Shown here: piece by piece, positions 36,669 through 45,063 of the stretch
How positions within the stretch are numbered: the first letter of the stretch is position 1
How the letters are laid out: every line of letters begins with the position of its first letter
Assembly (NCBI GenBank): GCA_963712595.1
Contig: CAVQIM010000003.1
Span: 17,662 to 81,661 of the forward strand
Source: an uncultured Solirubrobacterales bacterium
GTDB taxonomy: Bacteria > Actinomycetota > Thermoleophilia > Solirubrobacterales > 70-9
Reading direction: 5' to 3'
Length of the DNA stretch: 64,000 nucleotides
Notes under the pieces: generated by a model
What the model was told of the DNA's origin: nothing
Databases searched by the model: none
Seen by the model: only the letters and a program-made list of their open reading frames with translations
Translations under genes and position numbers: made by a program

Positions 36669-36699
36669 GTCTCACCTGCACCGGGCTTCCACTGCCGAT

Positions 36700-36737
36700 G
36701 GGCCTGAAACCGTCCCTATGTGTCCGGTTTGAGGCCC
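36700..36737 (-). promoter_or_regulatory. Stable hairpin in the 117-nt rplJ leader (candidate L10 autoregulatory site)
   Basis: gggcctgaaaccg and cggtttgaggccc are complementary at 12 of 13 positions, around a 12-nt loop. The hairpin lies between the rplA stop and the rplJ SD (AGGTGA). Confidence 0.3.
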
Positions 36738-36785
36738 GTCGGCGGCTGCCGGTGGTCTTGGGTTGCGACGGCGCAGTGTAGAGGA

Positions 36786-37514
36786 CTAGGCCGTGACGGG
36801 CTCCGCAGGCGTTGCGTCGCGGTCGCCGACCTTCGACGCGTCGACCCGGATCCCCGGGCCCATCGTCGTCGTCAGCGTGCAGGAGACGATGTAGCGCCCC
36901 TTCGCCGCAGAGGGCTTGGCGCGGACGATCTCCTCCATCACGACGGTGAAGTTGTCGAGCAGTTTGTCCGCCTCGAGGCTCGCCTTGCCGATCGCCATGT
37001 GGACGATCGCCTGGCGGTCGGTGCGGTATTCGACCTTGCCCGCCTTCGACTCGGTCACCGCTTTCTCGACGTCGTCGGTGACGGTGCCAACCTTGGGATT
37101 GGGCATCTTGCCCTGGGGGCCGAGGACGCGGCCGAGCTTGCCGACGGTGCCCATCATCTGCGGCGTCGCGATCGCCACGTCGAAGTCCGTCCAGCCCTCC
37201 TCCTCGACTTTCTTCGCCAGGTCGTCGCCACCGACGAAGTCCGCTCCGGCCGCCTCGGCGTCGCGGGCCTGCTGGCCCTGGGCGAAGACCGCCACCGTGA
37301 CGTCCTTGCCGAGCCCATGGGGCAGCGCCAGGGTCCCGCGCAGCTGCTCCTCCGCGTGGCGGACGTTGACGCCGAGCAGCACGTGCAGCTCGACCGTCTC
37401 GTCGAAGTTGGCGCTGGCGGTCTCCTTGAGCAGCGAAATCGCCTCCGCGGGCGGGTAGGCATGCTCGCGCTGGACCTTGCCGAGCTGTTTGCGGTAACGC
37501 TTGCCGTGAGCCAC
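36786..37514 (-). CDS. rplA: 50S ribosomal protein L1
   Basis: 242-aa ORF with a GTG start. N-terminus MAHGKRYRKQLGKV, with ETVELHVLLGVNVRHAEEQLRGTLALPHG further downstream. Confidence 0.96.
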   Translation of the reverse strand: MAHGKRYRKQLGKVQREHAYPPAEAISLLKETASANFDETVELHVLLGVNVRHAEEQLRGTLALPHGLGKDVTVAVFAQGQQARDAEAAGADFVGGDDLAKKVEEEGWTDFDVAIATPQMMGTVGKLGRVLGPQGKMPNPKVGTVTDDVEKAVTESKAGKVEYRTDRQAIVHMAIGKASLEADKLLDNFTVVMEEIVRAKPSAAKGRYIVSCTLTTTMGPGIRVDASKVGDRDATPAEPVTA

Positions 37515-37522
37515 GAGTTCTC

Positions 37523-37945
37523 CTATTTGACGTCGACGCCCATCGAGCGGGCGGTGCCGGCGATGATCTTCGAGGCGGCGTCGAGGTCGTTGGCGTTGAG
37601 GTCGGGCATCTTGCGCTCGGCGATCTGGCGGACCTGGTCCATCGAGATCGTCCCCACCTTGTTGACGTGGGGCTCGCCCGAGCCCTTCTTGATCCCGATC
37701 GCCTCCTTGATCAGCACCGCCGCCGGTGGCGTCTTGGTGATGAAGGTGAAGGAGCGGTCCTCGTAGACGGTGATCTCGACCGGGATGATCGTGCCGCCCT
37801 CGGACTGGGTCTGGGCGTTGAACGCCTTGCAGAACTCCATGATGTTGACCCCGTGCTGGCCCAGCGCCGGGCCGACCGGCGGCGCCGGATTGGCCGAGCC
37901 GGCCGAGATCTGCAGCTTGATCTGAGTGAGGACTTTCTTCGCCAT
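37523..37945 (-). CDS. rplK: 50S ribosomal protein L11
   Basis: 140-aa ORF beginning [43 protein letters not shown]. Confidence 0.97.
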   Translation of the reverse strand: MAKKVLTQIKLQISAGSANPAPPVGPALGQHGVNIMEFCKAFNAQTQSEGGTIIPVEITVYEDRSFTFITKTPPAAVLIKEAIGIKKGSGEPHVNKVGTISMDQVRQIAERKMPDLNANDLDAASKIIAGTARSMGVDVK

Positions 37946-37972
37946 GGGATCGGGGAGGGTAGCGGTACTCGC

Positions 37973-38497
37973 CTAAATCTTCTTGACCTGGTCGTAGCCG
38001 ACCTCGACCGGGGTCTCGCGACCGAAGATCGAGACCAGCACCTTGAGTTTGGCGGCGTCCTCGTTGATCTCGGCGATCTCCCCGGAGAAATCAGAGAGCG
38101 GCCCGGAGACGACCTTGACCGACTCGCCGATCGAGAACTGGGCCTGGGTGCGGGGCCGCTCCGCGGTCTCGCGGTGCAGCAGGCGGTCGACCTCTGGTTT
38201 GGAGAGCGGAACCGGTTTGTTGCGGGAGCCGACGAAACCGGTAACGCCCGGTGTGTTCTTGACCAGGCCCCAGGCATCGTCGGTCATCTCCATGTTGACC
38301 AGGACGTAGCCGGGCATCGTCCGCTTCGCCTTCGGTTCTTTCTGGCCGTCCTTGCCGACCTCCATCACGTCTTCGGTCGGCACGACGACCTGCCGCACGT
38401 TGCGGTTCTGGCTCATCGTCTGAACCCGGTGCTCGAGGTTGTGCTTGACCTTGTTCTCGTGCCCCGAGTAGGTGTTGATCACGTACCAGCGATACAT
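37973..38497 (-). CDS. nusG: Transcription termination/antitermination factor NusG
   Basis: 174-aa ORF. The NGN domain begins WYVINTYSGHENKV and the KOW domain contains GESVKVVSGPLSDFSGEI. Confidence 0.96.
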   Translation of the reverse strand: MYRWYVINTYSGHENKVKHNLEHRVQTMSQNRNVRQVVVPTEDVMEVGKDGQKEPKAKRTMPGYVLVNMEMTDDAWGLVKNTPGVTGFVGSRNKPVPLSKPEVDRLLHRETAERPRTQAQFSIGESVKVVSGPLSDFSGEIAEINEDAAKLKVLVSIFGRETPVEVGYDQVKKI

Positions 38498-38525
38498 CGT
38501 TAGAAGCCTTTGTCCGGGGATCCCG

Positions 38526-39050
38526 CTAGAGGATCCGCTTGATCAGGAAGCTGAAGGCCGCGTCGAGAGCCCCGAGGTAGGTGGCGGCAACGGCAACGAA
38601 GATGATCGTCACGGCGGTCGCCTGAACCAGGGTGTCGCGGTTGGGCCACTGGACCTTCTTCAGCTCGGCCCAGCAGGAGCCGAGGAATCCAATCACACCG
38701 CCGCGTTGGCGCTCTGCCGCTGCTTGTTTCTGCTTCTTGGCGAGCTGCTCGCTCTCGCGGCGCTTCTGCTCGCTGCGCTTGCGCTTTTCGGTTTCCTTCA
38801 AAGCCTTGGCTTCTGCGCGGCGTTCGGCGCGGGATGACCTCGGGGCGTCCGGCGTTTCCAGCGCAGCTTCAGGGGCGCCGACGGCCATCCCCGCCTCGAC
38901 CGCCTCGACCTCGGCGATCTCACCGGAGATCGGAACCTGGGTGTCGTGCTGGGCGCGCGCCTCGGCGGCGCGCTCGCCGTCGGAGCGCCTGCGCTCCTGC
39001 TCTTCGCGAGCCCGGCGCTCGGCCTTGCGCTGTGCGCGGGTCTTCGCCAT
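38526..39050 (-). CDS. secE: Preprotein translocase subunit SecE with a roughly 116-aa charged N-terminal extension
   Basis: The C-terminal 58 aa are GGVIGFLGSCWAELKKVQWPNRDTLVQATAVTIIFVAVAATYLGALDAAFSFLIKRIL. The start is taken as the ATG at 39048-50, 5 nt after the rpmG stop, because the track start at 39092 would overlap rpmG. Confidence 0.88.
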   Translation of the reverse strand: MAKTRAQRKAERRAREEQERRRSDGERAAEARAQHDTQVPISGEIAEVEAVEAGMAVGAPEAALETPDAPRSSRAERRAEAKALKETEKRKRSEQKRRESEQLAKKQKQAAAERQRGGVIGFLGSCWAELKKVQWPNRDTLVQATAVTIIFVAVAATYLGALDAAFSFLIKRIL

Positions 39051-39055
39051 CGCGA

Positions 39056-39220
39056 CTAGCGCGTCTCCTTGTGCGCCGTGTGCTTGCCGCACCAGTGGCA
39101 GAACTTGCGCAGCTCGATGCGATCCGGCGAGTTGCGCCGGGACTTATTTGTCTGATAATTGCGCCGCTTGCAGTCTTCGCAAGCCAACGTCACCGCGATG
39201 CGGACATCTCCGCGAGCCAT
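39056..39220 (-). CDS. rpmG: 50S ribosomal protein L33 (zinc type)
   Basis: Not in the ORF track. Reverse-complement translation gives [54 protein letters not shown] and a stop. SD gagggaga. Confidence 0.92.
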   Translation of the reverse strand: MARGDVRIAVTLACEDCKRRNYQTNKSRRNSPDRIELRKFCHWCGKHTAHKETR

Positions 39221-39458
39221 TTCTCCCTCGATTACTTACGCGCCGTTACAAGAGAAAACCCCGGGCCGAGGCGCGAGGCTGAACCGAAGAATAGCGCCAT
39301 GAGAACAGCAGCGACGCGCCCTCGGCGACGCCCCTTGGGACTGCATCGCCCCGGCTAGAGTGATCCCTTGATACGGGGCAGCTGCGGGCGGAGCCGAGCT
39401 GGACGTCGGCCTGCGGCTGGTGGTCGCCGAGCTCTGAGTCGAGATACCGCTACGGGGA

Positions 39459-39902
39459 TCAGAGGTGCTTGACGAAGAAGACGCGCTCGAAGCCGTCGTC
39501 GGTGCGGCGATCGGTCTGCTCATAGCCAAGCCGGGGATAGAGGGTGAGGTTCTCGGTCATGGCAGCGTGGGTATAGAGGCGCAGGGTCGGGGTGCCGGCC
39601 TCGCGGGCCACGGTCTCGGCGAAGGCAAGGAGGGCACGGCCGATGCCTTCGCCCTGCCGGTCCGGCTCGACAGCGACGTTCTCGAGCAGTAGGTGATCCG
39701 GTTCTCGGACCAGCACGACCAGGCCGACTACCCGATCAGCTTCGTCCGCAACGAATACGAGGTTCTGCGCGACCTTTTCCGCGTAGTCCTCTCGCATCGG
39801 ACCCGGGCGCCCGCCTATCCGCTCGACGTAGTGCGCGTAAGCCCGTTGCACGAGCTCGTGGACGTCTTGCGCCTCATCGGGGGCCGCCGGCCGAATCCGC
39901 AT
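39459..39902 (-). CDS. GNAT-family N-acetyltransferase
   Basis: 147-aa ORF with the acetyl-CoA motif VAVEPDRQGEGIGRALL. Confidence 0.85.
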   Translation of the reverse strand: MRIRPAAPDEAQDVHELVQRAYAHYVERIGGRPGPMREDYAEKVAQNLVFVADEADRVVGLVVLVREPDHLLLENVAVEPDRQGEGIGRALLAFAETVAREAGTPTLRLYTHAAMTENLTLYPRLGYEQTDRRTDDGFERVFFVKHL

Positions 39903-39962
39903 CGGCCGAGTCTGGCAGGCACGGTCGGAGGTGGGGCAAACACTGCCTCGAAAGCAACGGAA

Positions 39963-40058
39963 TGCGCCCGGAGAGAATCGAACTCTCGACCTCCGGCTTG
40001 AAAGACCGGCGCTCTTTGGGCCTCGTTAAAAGCCCGTTGACCACTGAGCTACGGGCGC
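39963..40058 (-). tRNA. tRNA-like gene of 96 nt with a 23-nt insertion in the D-loop. The anticodon loop CUUUCAA gives UUC by position. It may be a pseudo-tRNA or a novel variant.
   Basis: The reverse complement reads GCGCCCG-TA-GCTC-AGTGGTCA[ACGGGCTTTTAACGAGGCCCAAA]GAGC-G-CCGGT-CTTTCAA-GCCGG-AGGTC-GAGAG-TTCGATT-CTCTC-CGGGCGC-A. The acceptor, anticodon and T arms are canonical. The D-loop is 31 nt. Confidence 0.6.
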
Positions 40059-40090
40059 TCTCACTTCCTGCCCGGGAAAGTATGCCGGTC

Positions 40091-41233
40091 TCAGAGCCCG
40101 AACGTCTTGGCGATGATGTTGCGCTGGATCTCCGAGGTGCCGCCGTAGATGGTGGAGACCAGGGAGGTGCGGACGAGGCGCTCCATGTCGTACTCGGAGG
40201 CGTAGCCGTAGCCGCCCATCATCTGCATGCCGTCGAGGGCGGCGCGGCGGGCGACCTCGGTAACGAAGAGCTTCACCATCGAGGCCTCGCGGGGCAGCAT
40301 CCGATCGGGGTCCTCGTCGGTGAGGCTGGCGACCCAGCGGGTCATCAAGCGGGCCGCCTCGATGTCGGTCGCCATGTCGGCGATCCGGTGCTGGAGGGAC
40401 TGGAAGGAGCCGATCGGGCGGCCGAATTGCTCGCGTTCCTTGACGTAGACGATGATGTCGTCGAAGACGCGCTGAGCGATCCCCAGCATCGTCGCGGCGA
40501 GGATCAGGCGCTCGACGTTCAGCCCCGCCATCAGCTGTGTCCAAGCCTGGTCGACCTGACCGAGGACGGCGTCTGCCGGTACCTCGACGTCGGTGAAGTA
40601 GAGGTGGTTGGTGTCGCGGCCGCCCATGGTGTCGATCGGGACGACCTCGAGGCCATCGGCTTCGCGCGGGACCCAGATCATCGTCAGCCCGTCGTGCTTT
40701 GACGCAGAGCGGGTGGTACGACAGACGACCAGCACGTGGTCGGCTATGTGGGCGTTGGAGCAGAAGACCTTCTGGCCGTTGATGACGTAGTCGCCGTTGA
40801 CGCTCTCGGCTGACGTCGTGAGGGCACCGATGTCGGAGCCGGCCTCGGGCTCGGTCATCGCGATTGCCTCGACGGCGCCCTCGGAGATCCCGCCGAGGAT
40901 CTCCTGCTTCTGCTCCTCGGTACCGAAGCGCTGGGTGGCGCCGGCGACGATCAGCGTCGTCGCGTAGCCGCCGATCGGAGCCAGGGCGCGCGAGGTCTCC
41001 TCCATGAAGATGCAGGCGTCGAGCATCGTGCCCCCCGAGCCGCCGTACTCCTCGGGAATCGTCACCCCGAGCCAGCCGAGCTCGGCCATCTCCTTGTAGA
41101 TGGTCGCGTTGTGGTGCTCGCGATAGCCGTCGGTCAGCCGCTCGCGCTGATCCGGCGTGCCGCACTCGTGGTCGCAGTAGCGCCGGATCGCGTCGACGAA
41201 GTCCTCCTGCTCGTCGGTCAGAGCGAAATCCAC
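40091..41233 (-). CDS. Acyl-CoA dehydrogenase
   Basis: 380-aa ORF with a GTG start. Contains AMTEPEAGSD, and GGYGYASEYDMERLVR...IYGGTSEIQRNIIA. Confidence 0.92.
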   Translation of the reverse strand: MDFALTDEQEDFVDAIRRYCDHECGTPDQRERLTDGYREHHNATIYKEMAELGWLGVTIPEEYGGSGGTMLDACIFMEETSRALAPIGGYATTLIVAGATQRFGTEEQKQEILGGISEGAVEAIAMTEPEAGSDIGALTTSAESVNGDYVINGQKVFCSNAHIADHVLVVCRTTRSASKHDGLTMIWVPREADGLEVVPIDTMGGRDTNHLYFTDVEVPADAVLGQVDQAWTQLMAGLNVERLILAATMLGIAQRVFDDIIVYVKEREQFGRPIGSFQSLQHRIADMATDIEAARLMTRWVASLTDEDPDRMLPREASMVKLFVTEVARRAALDGMQMMGGYGYASEYDMERLVRTSLVSTIYGGTSEIQRNIIAKTFGL

Positions 41234-41336
41234 TGCGCGGCAGCCTAACGGTCAAGCACGGCAGACTGCGTGCTCGCGGCGCCCCGGGTACCACCCTCTA
41301 CGCGGGCATTCCATCGCCTGGCCGGCGCCGCTTCGA

Positions 41337-41409
<73 letters not shown>

Positions 41410-41468
41410 GGGTCGCTACCGCAGGGCCAAGGCTAGCCTAGACGCCGATTGGGAGGCCCGCGCTTTTC

Positions 41469-42254
41469 CTAACCGCGCACTCCACAGCTGCGGGTCAGTT
41501 TCGAGCTCAGCTTTTTGCCGCCCGCGAAGCCGAAAGATGCCTTGGCGAAGGTGAAGGTCGCACCCGGGAAGCCCTTCGGAGCCGGGCAGCCGGCAGAGGC
41601 GTAGCTGCGCGGCTGGCCGTGAAAACGAAAGCGCCGCTGCAGCTTCAGCGAGACTCCGCTGATGTAGCCCCACTGCGCGGCGACACGCGGCAGATGGGCG
41701 ACCAGGCTGACTCCGAAGGTGCCCTTGCGGTGGTATTGCAGCTCGAAGGGCAGCGTGACCGAGGTCGGCAGCGGTTCGGTTCCGTAGATGTGGGCGAAGA
41801 TCACCGGCTTGCCGTTCATGCGGCCGTTGAAGGCGACGATCTCGCCGTTAGAGGGATAGGGGGACTGTTCGGGCAGGGAGACGTTGGCCTTGAAGGCGCC
41901 GGTGCCGACGACCGCGCCGGGACATGCTTCGCGCGCTTCCGGAGTCGAGGCTGGCTGGATGTCGTCGAGGCGGCACGAGGGCAGGCCGCGCTGGTCGATG
42001 ATGCCGTTGCGGTTGATCGAGAGCGAGACGGTGCGCAGCTGGGGAGGATCGCTGCGGTCGGTCGTGCTGATGTCAGCCGAGATCGATACCGACACCGGGG
42101 CGGAACCGGTCCTGGGCAGCTTGTGCGGGGAGATCTCCCCGCCGACCGCGACCCTCAGGTTGCCCTTCTGGGTGATCTCCGCCCTGGCCAGCCCAGCCAG
42201 AGCGAGGCAAAGCAGGGCGACCGTGACCGTGACCTTCCTCGTTGCACCGCGCAT
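41469..42254 (-). CDS. Secreted hypothetical protein containing one copy of the Cys-pair module found in the 870-aa protein at 57120-59732
   Basis: The start is taken at the ATG 42252-54 (MRGATRKVTVTVALLCLALAGLARA, a signal peptide). It carries the motif GLPSCRLDDIQPASTPEAREACPGAVVGTGAF. Confidence 0.7.
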   Translation of the reverse strand: MRGATRKVTVTVALLCLALAGLARAEITQKGNLRVAVGGEISPHKLPRTGSAPVSVSISADISTTDRSDPPQLRTVSLSINRNGIIDQRGLPSCRLDDIQPASTPEAREACPGAVVGTGAFKANVSLPEQSPYPSNGEIVAFNGRMNGKPVIFAHIYGTEPLPTSVTLPFELQYHRKGTFGVSLVAHLPRVAAQWGYISGVSLKLQRRFRFHGQPRSYASAGCPAPKGFPGATFTFAKASFGFAGGKKLSSKLTRSCGVRG

Positions 42255-42265
42255 CGGTAGCCCCC

Positions 42266-42793
42266 TCAGCCTGTGTACTTCGAGGGTTCGAAGCGGCAGT
42301 ACTTGAAGTTGAAGGGCAGAACCTGGTTGTTGGCCTGCGTGGCGTTGTGGGTGAGGCGGATCACCATCGCCTGCGCTCCCGGCTTGTCGTTGGCCTTGAG
42401 CTTGTTGGCGGTTTGCTGGAAGAGATCGGCCTCGGTGCCGACCATTTTCAGCCACTTCGCCAGCTTGGTTTCATCGGCGGGCGGCTGGGGAACTCCCTTC
42501 AGCTGCGTGATCGTCTTGCGCAGAGCCGTGGACGCACGGGAGAATTTCCCGGCCGCGACCTTGAGCTTGCCGGACTTGAACTCGGAGCTGACTCCCTTGA
42601 GGATTTTTTCGTTGGCCTGCGAGTTGACCTTGCAGATCGGCTCGACGGCTTCTTTGTAGCTTTCCCGCGTGACTTCGGTCGCCTGCGCGAGCGGCACGGC
42701 CAGCACGGCCAGAGCCAAGGTCAGGGCGCCCAGGGCGCCGAAGCTCTTCTTCCCCACCACATACCTCCCTCTCGTTCCCATCTTCTCGAGCAT
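42266..42793 (-). CDS. Secreted hypothetical protein, probably helical
   Basis: 175-aa ORF. The signal peptide is GALGALTLALAVLAVPLAQA. Its stop lies 11 nt before the next gene's start, so the two are likely co-transcribed. Confidence 0.65.
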   Translation of the reverse strand: MLEKMGTRGRYVVGKKSFGALGALTLALAVLAVPLAQATEVTRESYKEAVEPICKVNSQANEKILKGVSSEFKSGKLKVAAGKFSRASTALRKTITQLKGVPQPPADETKLAKWLKMVGTEADLFQQTANKLKANDKPGAQAMVIRLTHNATQANNQVLPFNFKYCRFEPSKYTG

Positions 42794-42933
42794 CCCATCT
42801 TCCCAAACACAGCCGGGTCCCTAGAGACTCGGCACTCTAGCGGAGGGGAAACGCCCCCAAGCCCCGCTGCAGCCACGACTTTAGGAAACGCGGCGGGGAA
42901 TGAATGTTGTTGGACGATTACGGCCCTGCAAAG

Positions 42934-43022
42934 CGGAGGGGGTGGGATTCGAACCCACGAGCCGCCTTACGACGGCCAACGGTTTTCGAGACCGCCCCGT
43001 TCAACCACTCCGGCACCCCTCC
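42934..43022 (-). tRNA. tRNA-Ser (CGA)
   Basis: The reverse complement begins GGAGGGG-TG-CCGGAGTGGTTGAACGG, has the anticodon arm GCGGT-CTCGAAA-ACCGT, a long variable arm, and ends GTGGG-TTCGAAT-CCCAC-CCCCTCC-G. Confidence 0.9.
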
Positions 43023-43102
43023 GGGCAGGATCGGGGGCTGATTCTACGGTTGGGCGAGAGCGGCGGAGGGCCGGGTGCGTCTCAGAGCTCAAGGGAGCTG
43101 TC

Positions 43103-45055
43103 GTGCTGCCGATGCTGATTGGCATGCAGAGCAACGAGCAAACGTCACTGGGCCGCTTCTTCGACCGCCATCCGCTGCTGCTGCGCTCGCTTGCGGTCGT
43201 AGCGCTGCTGTGGGGAGCCGGCTACCTCGCCTGGCGGATCGGCTGGAGCGGCGAAGGCGCCAGCCCCATTGCCTTCGCGATGCTGCTCGTGACCGAGGTC
43301 TACGGGCTCTGGGCGTTGGGCACGCTGGCATGGTTCTCGTGGTCGCGGTCGGCGGTTGCGCGGCCGGCGACGACCCCGGGGCGCTCGGTCGACGTCTACG
43401 TCTGCACCTACGACGAGCCGATCGAGGTGGTGGCGGCGACGCTGGCGGGATGCCGGGCCCTGACCTATCCGCACACGACGTACGTGCTCGACGATGGGCG
43501 GCGGCCGGAGATGGAGGAGCTGGCGCGGCTGGCGGGAGCCCGGTATCTGACCCGGACCGACAACTCCCACGCCAAGGCGGGCAACATCAACGCGGCGCTG
43601 CCGCGCACGACGGGCGAGCTGGTGCTGATGCTCGACGCCGACCACGTACCGATGCCGGACGCGCTCGACGCGATGGTCGGCTACTTCGACGACGAGCGCA
43701 TGGGCCTGGTGCAGAGCCCGCACGACTTCTTCAACCACGACTCGGTCCAGCACTACGTCGTCGGCCGTCACGAGCAGTCGCTCTTCTACCGGGTGGTCTG
43801 CCCGGGCAAGGATCGCCACGGCGCCGCCTACTGGTGCGGCTCGGCGGCATTGATCCGGCGCCAGGCGCTGCTGGATATCGGCGGCGTCGCCACCGAGACG
43901 ATCGCCGAGGACTTTCACACCACGATCCGTCTGCAGCGCTACGGCTGGCGCAGCCGCTACCACGACGAGGTGCTGGTGCAAGGGCTGGCGCCGCACGACC
44001 TCGACGGCTATCTGCTGCAGCGCGACCGCTGGGCCCGCGGCAACCTGGCCGTCTTCACGCTTCCGGAGTCGCCACTGAGGGCGCGGGAGCTGCGCCCCTT
44101 GCAGCGCCTCTCCTACTTCGCCAGCCTCGCCGCCTATCTGGCGCCGCCGATGCGCCTGCTCCTGCTCGCCACCCTGGGCCTGGTGCTGTGGACGGGAGAG
44201 CTGCCGATGAAGATCAGCGTGCCGGCGCTGGCGGCGCTCTGGCTGCCCTACCTGACGCTCAACCTCGGCGCCGGAGCGGCTCTGGCGCGCGGATACATGC
44301 GAATCGGCGAGACCGCCCACTACGAGCTGCTGACGATGGAGATCTTCACGCGAGCCCTGCGCTGCGCCGTTCTGCCCGGCCACACGGCCTTCAAGGTGAC
44401 GCCCAAGCAGGGCACGGGCGGCGGCGGCCTTGGCGCCGTCGGCAAATTGCATCTCGTTCTCGCCTGCGCCGTGCTGCTGGGCGCCGGGACCGTGCTGCGC
44501 CTGCTCGACCTTGCCGGCGTGGGCCCGTTGCCCGACCTTCCCGGAGTCGCAGCGGTGGTCGTCCCGCTGCTTGGCCTGATCGAGATGCGGCGGATCCTTC
44601 GCACGCTGCTCGCGGTGGGACGCCGTCAGCAGCGGCGGCTCATCTACCGCTTCGAGGGCGACGCGCCCGCCCAGTGCTACTCCGAGGAGGGCCACGTCGC
44701 GGGGCGCCTCGTCGACGCCAGCGCCGCCGGCGTCGGGTTGGTGCTCGAGGCGCCGCTGGAGGTTGGAACGCGCTCGGCGGTCCTGCTCGAGCTGCAGGAT
44801 GCGGCGGGGGATCCGCACGAGGTCGCGGCCCAGGTCGAGGTTCGCTCCTGCCGCGAGCAGGACGGGCGCCACCTGGTCGGGGCGACGATCTCCGAGATCG
44901 ACCCGGCCTCGCGCATGCGCTTGATGGAGTGGTGCTACGTGGTCTGCAGCCACGAGCGGCTACGCGGCCGGCGGCCGGCGGCCGCGCCGCTCCGCGACGC
45001 CGACGCGATCGTGCTGCCGTTGCCGACACAGATCCCACAGACAGCCGTCGCTTGA
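43103..45055 (+). CDS. BcsA-like family-2 glycosyltransferase (cellulose-synthase-like) with a C-terminal PilZ domain
   Basis: GT2 motifs are YVLDDG, MLDADH, TIAEDFHT and QRDRWARG (QxxRW). TM helices flank the catalytic domain. PilZ motifs are RRQQRR and DASAAGVG. The start is uncertain: GTG at 43103 lies 5 nt after AAGGGAG, and ATG at 43112 or 43124 is also possible. Confidence 0.85.
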   Translation: MLPMLIGMQSNEQTSLGRFFDRHPLLLRSLAVVALLWGAGYLAWRIGWSGEGASPIAFAMLLVTEVYGLWALGTLAWFSWSRSAVARPATTPGRSVDVYVCTYDEPIEVVAATLAGCRALTYPHTTYVLDDGRRPEMEELARLAGARYLTRTDNSHAKAGNINAALPRTTGELVLMLDADHVPMPDALDAMVGYFDDERMGLVQSPHDFFNHDSVQHYVVGRHEQSLFYRVVCPGKDRHGAAYWCGSAALIRRQALLDIGGVATETIAEDFHTTIRLQRYGWRSRYHDEVLVQGLAPHDLDGYLLQRDRWARGNLAVFTLPESPLRARELRPLQRLSYFASLAAYLAPPMRLLLLATLGLVLWTGELPMKISVPALAALWLPYLTLNLGAGAALARGYMRIGETAHYELLTMEIFTRALRCAVLPGHTAFKVTPKQGTGGGGLGAVGKLHLVLACAVLLGAGTVLRLLDLAGVGPLPDLPGVAAVVVPLLGLIEMRRILRTLLAVGRRQQRRLIYRFEGDAPAQCYSEEGHVAGRLVDASAAGVGLVLEAPLEVGTRSAVLLELQDAAGDPHEVAAQVEVRSCREQDGRHLVGATISEIDPASRMRLMEWCYVVCSHERLRGRRPAAAPLRDADAIVLPLPTQIPQTAVA

Positions 45056-45063
45056 GCTCCGCC

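Noticed and set aside
38703-39050. The long charged N-terminal extension of SecE as a novelty.
   Set aside because: N-terminally extended SecE proteins are common in Actinomycetota. It is noted in the feature table only.
39459-40058. A GNAT next to a tRNA-like gene as a TacT-type tRNA-acetylating toxin module.
   Set aside because: There is no small RHH or antitoxin ORF upstream. The GNAT sequence is generic, and adjacency alone is insufficient.
39963-40058. The odd tRNA as tRNA-Sec or a UGA suppressor (UCA is readable in the loop if it is shifted by one).
   Set aside because: It has the standard 7/5 acceptor/T-stem geometry, a 4-bp D-stem, a 5-nt variable loop and no long extra arm. The 7-nt loop closed by a U-G pair places UUC at positions 34-36.
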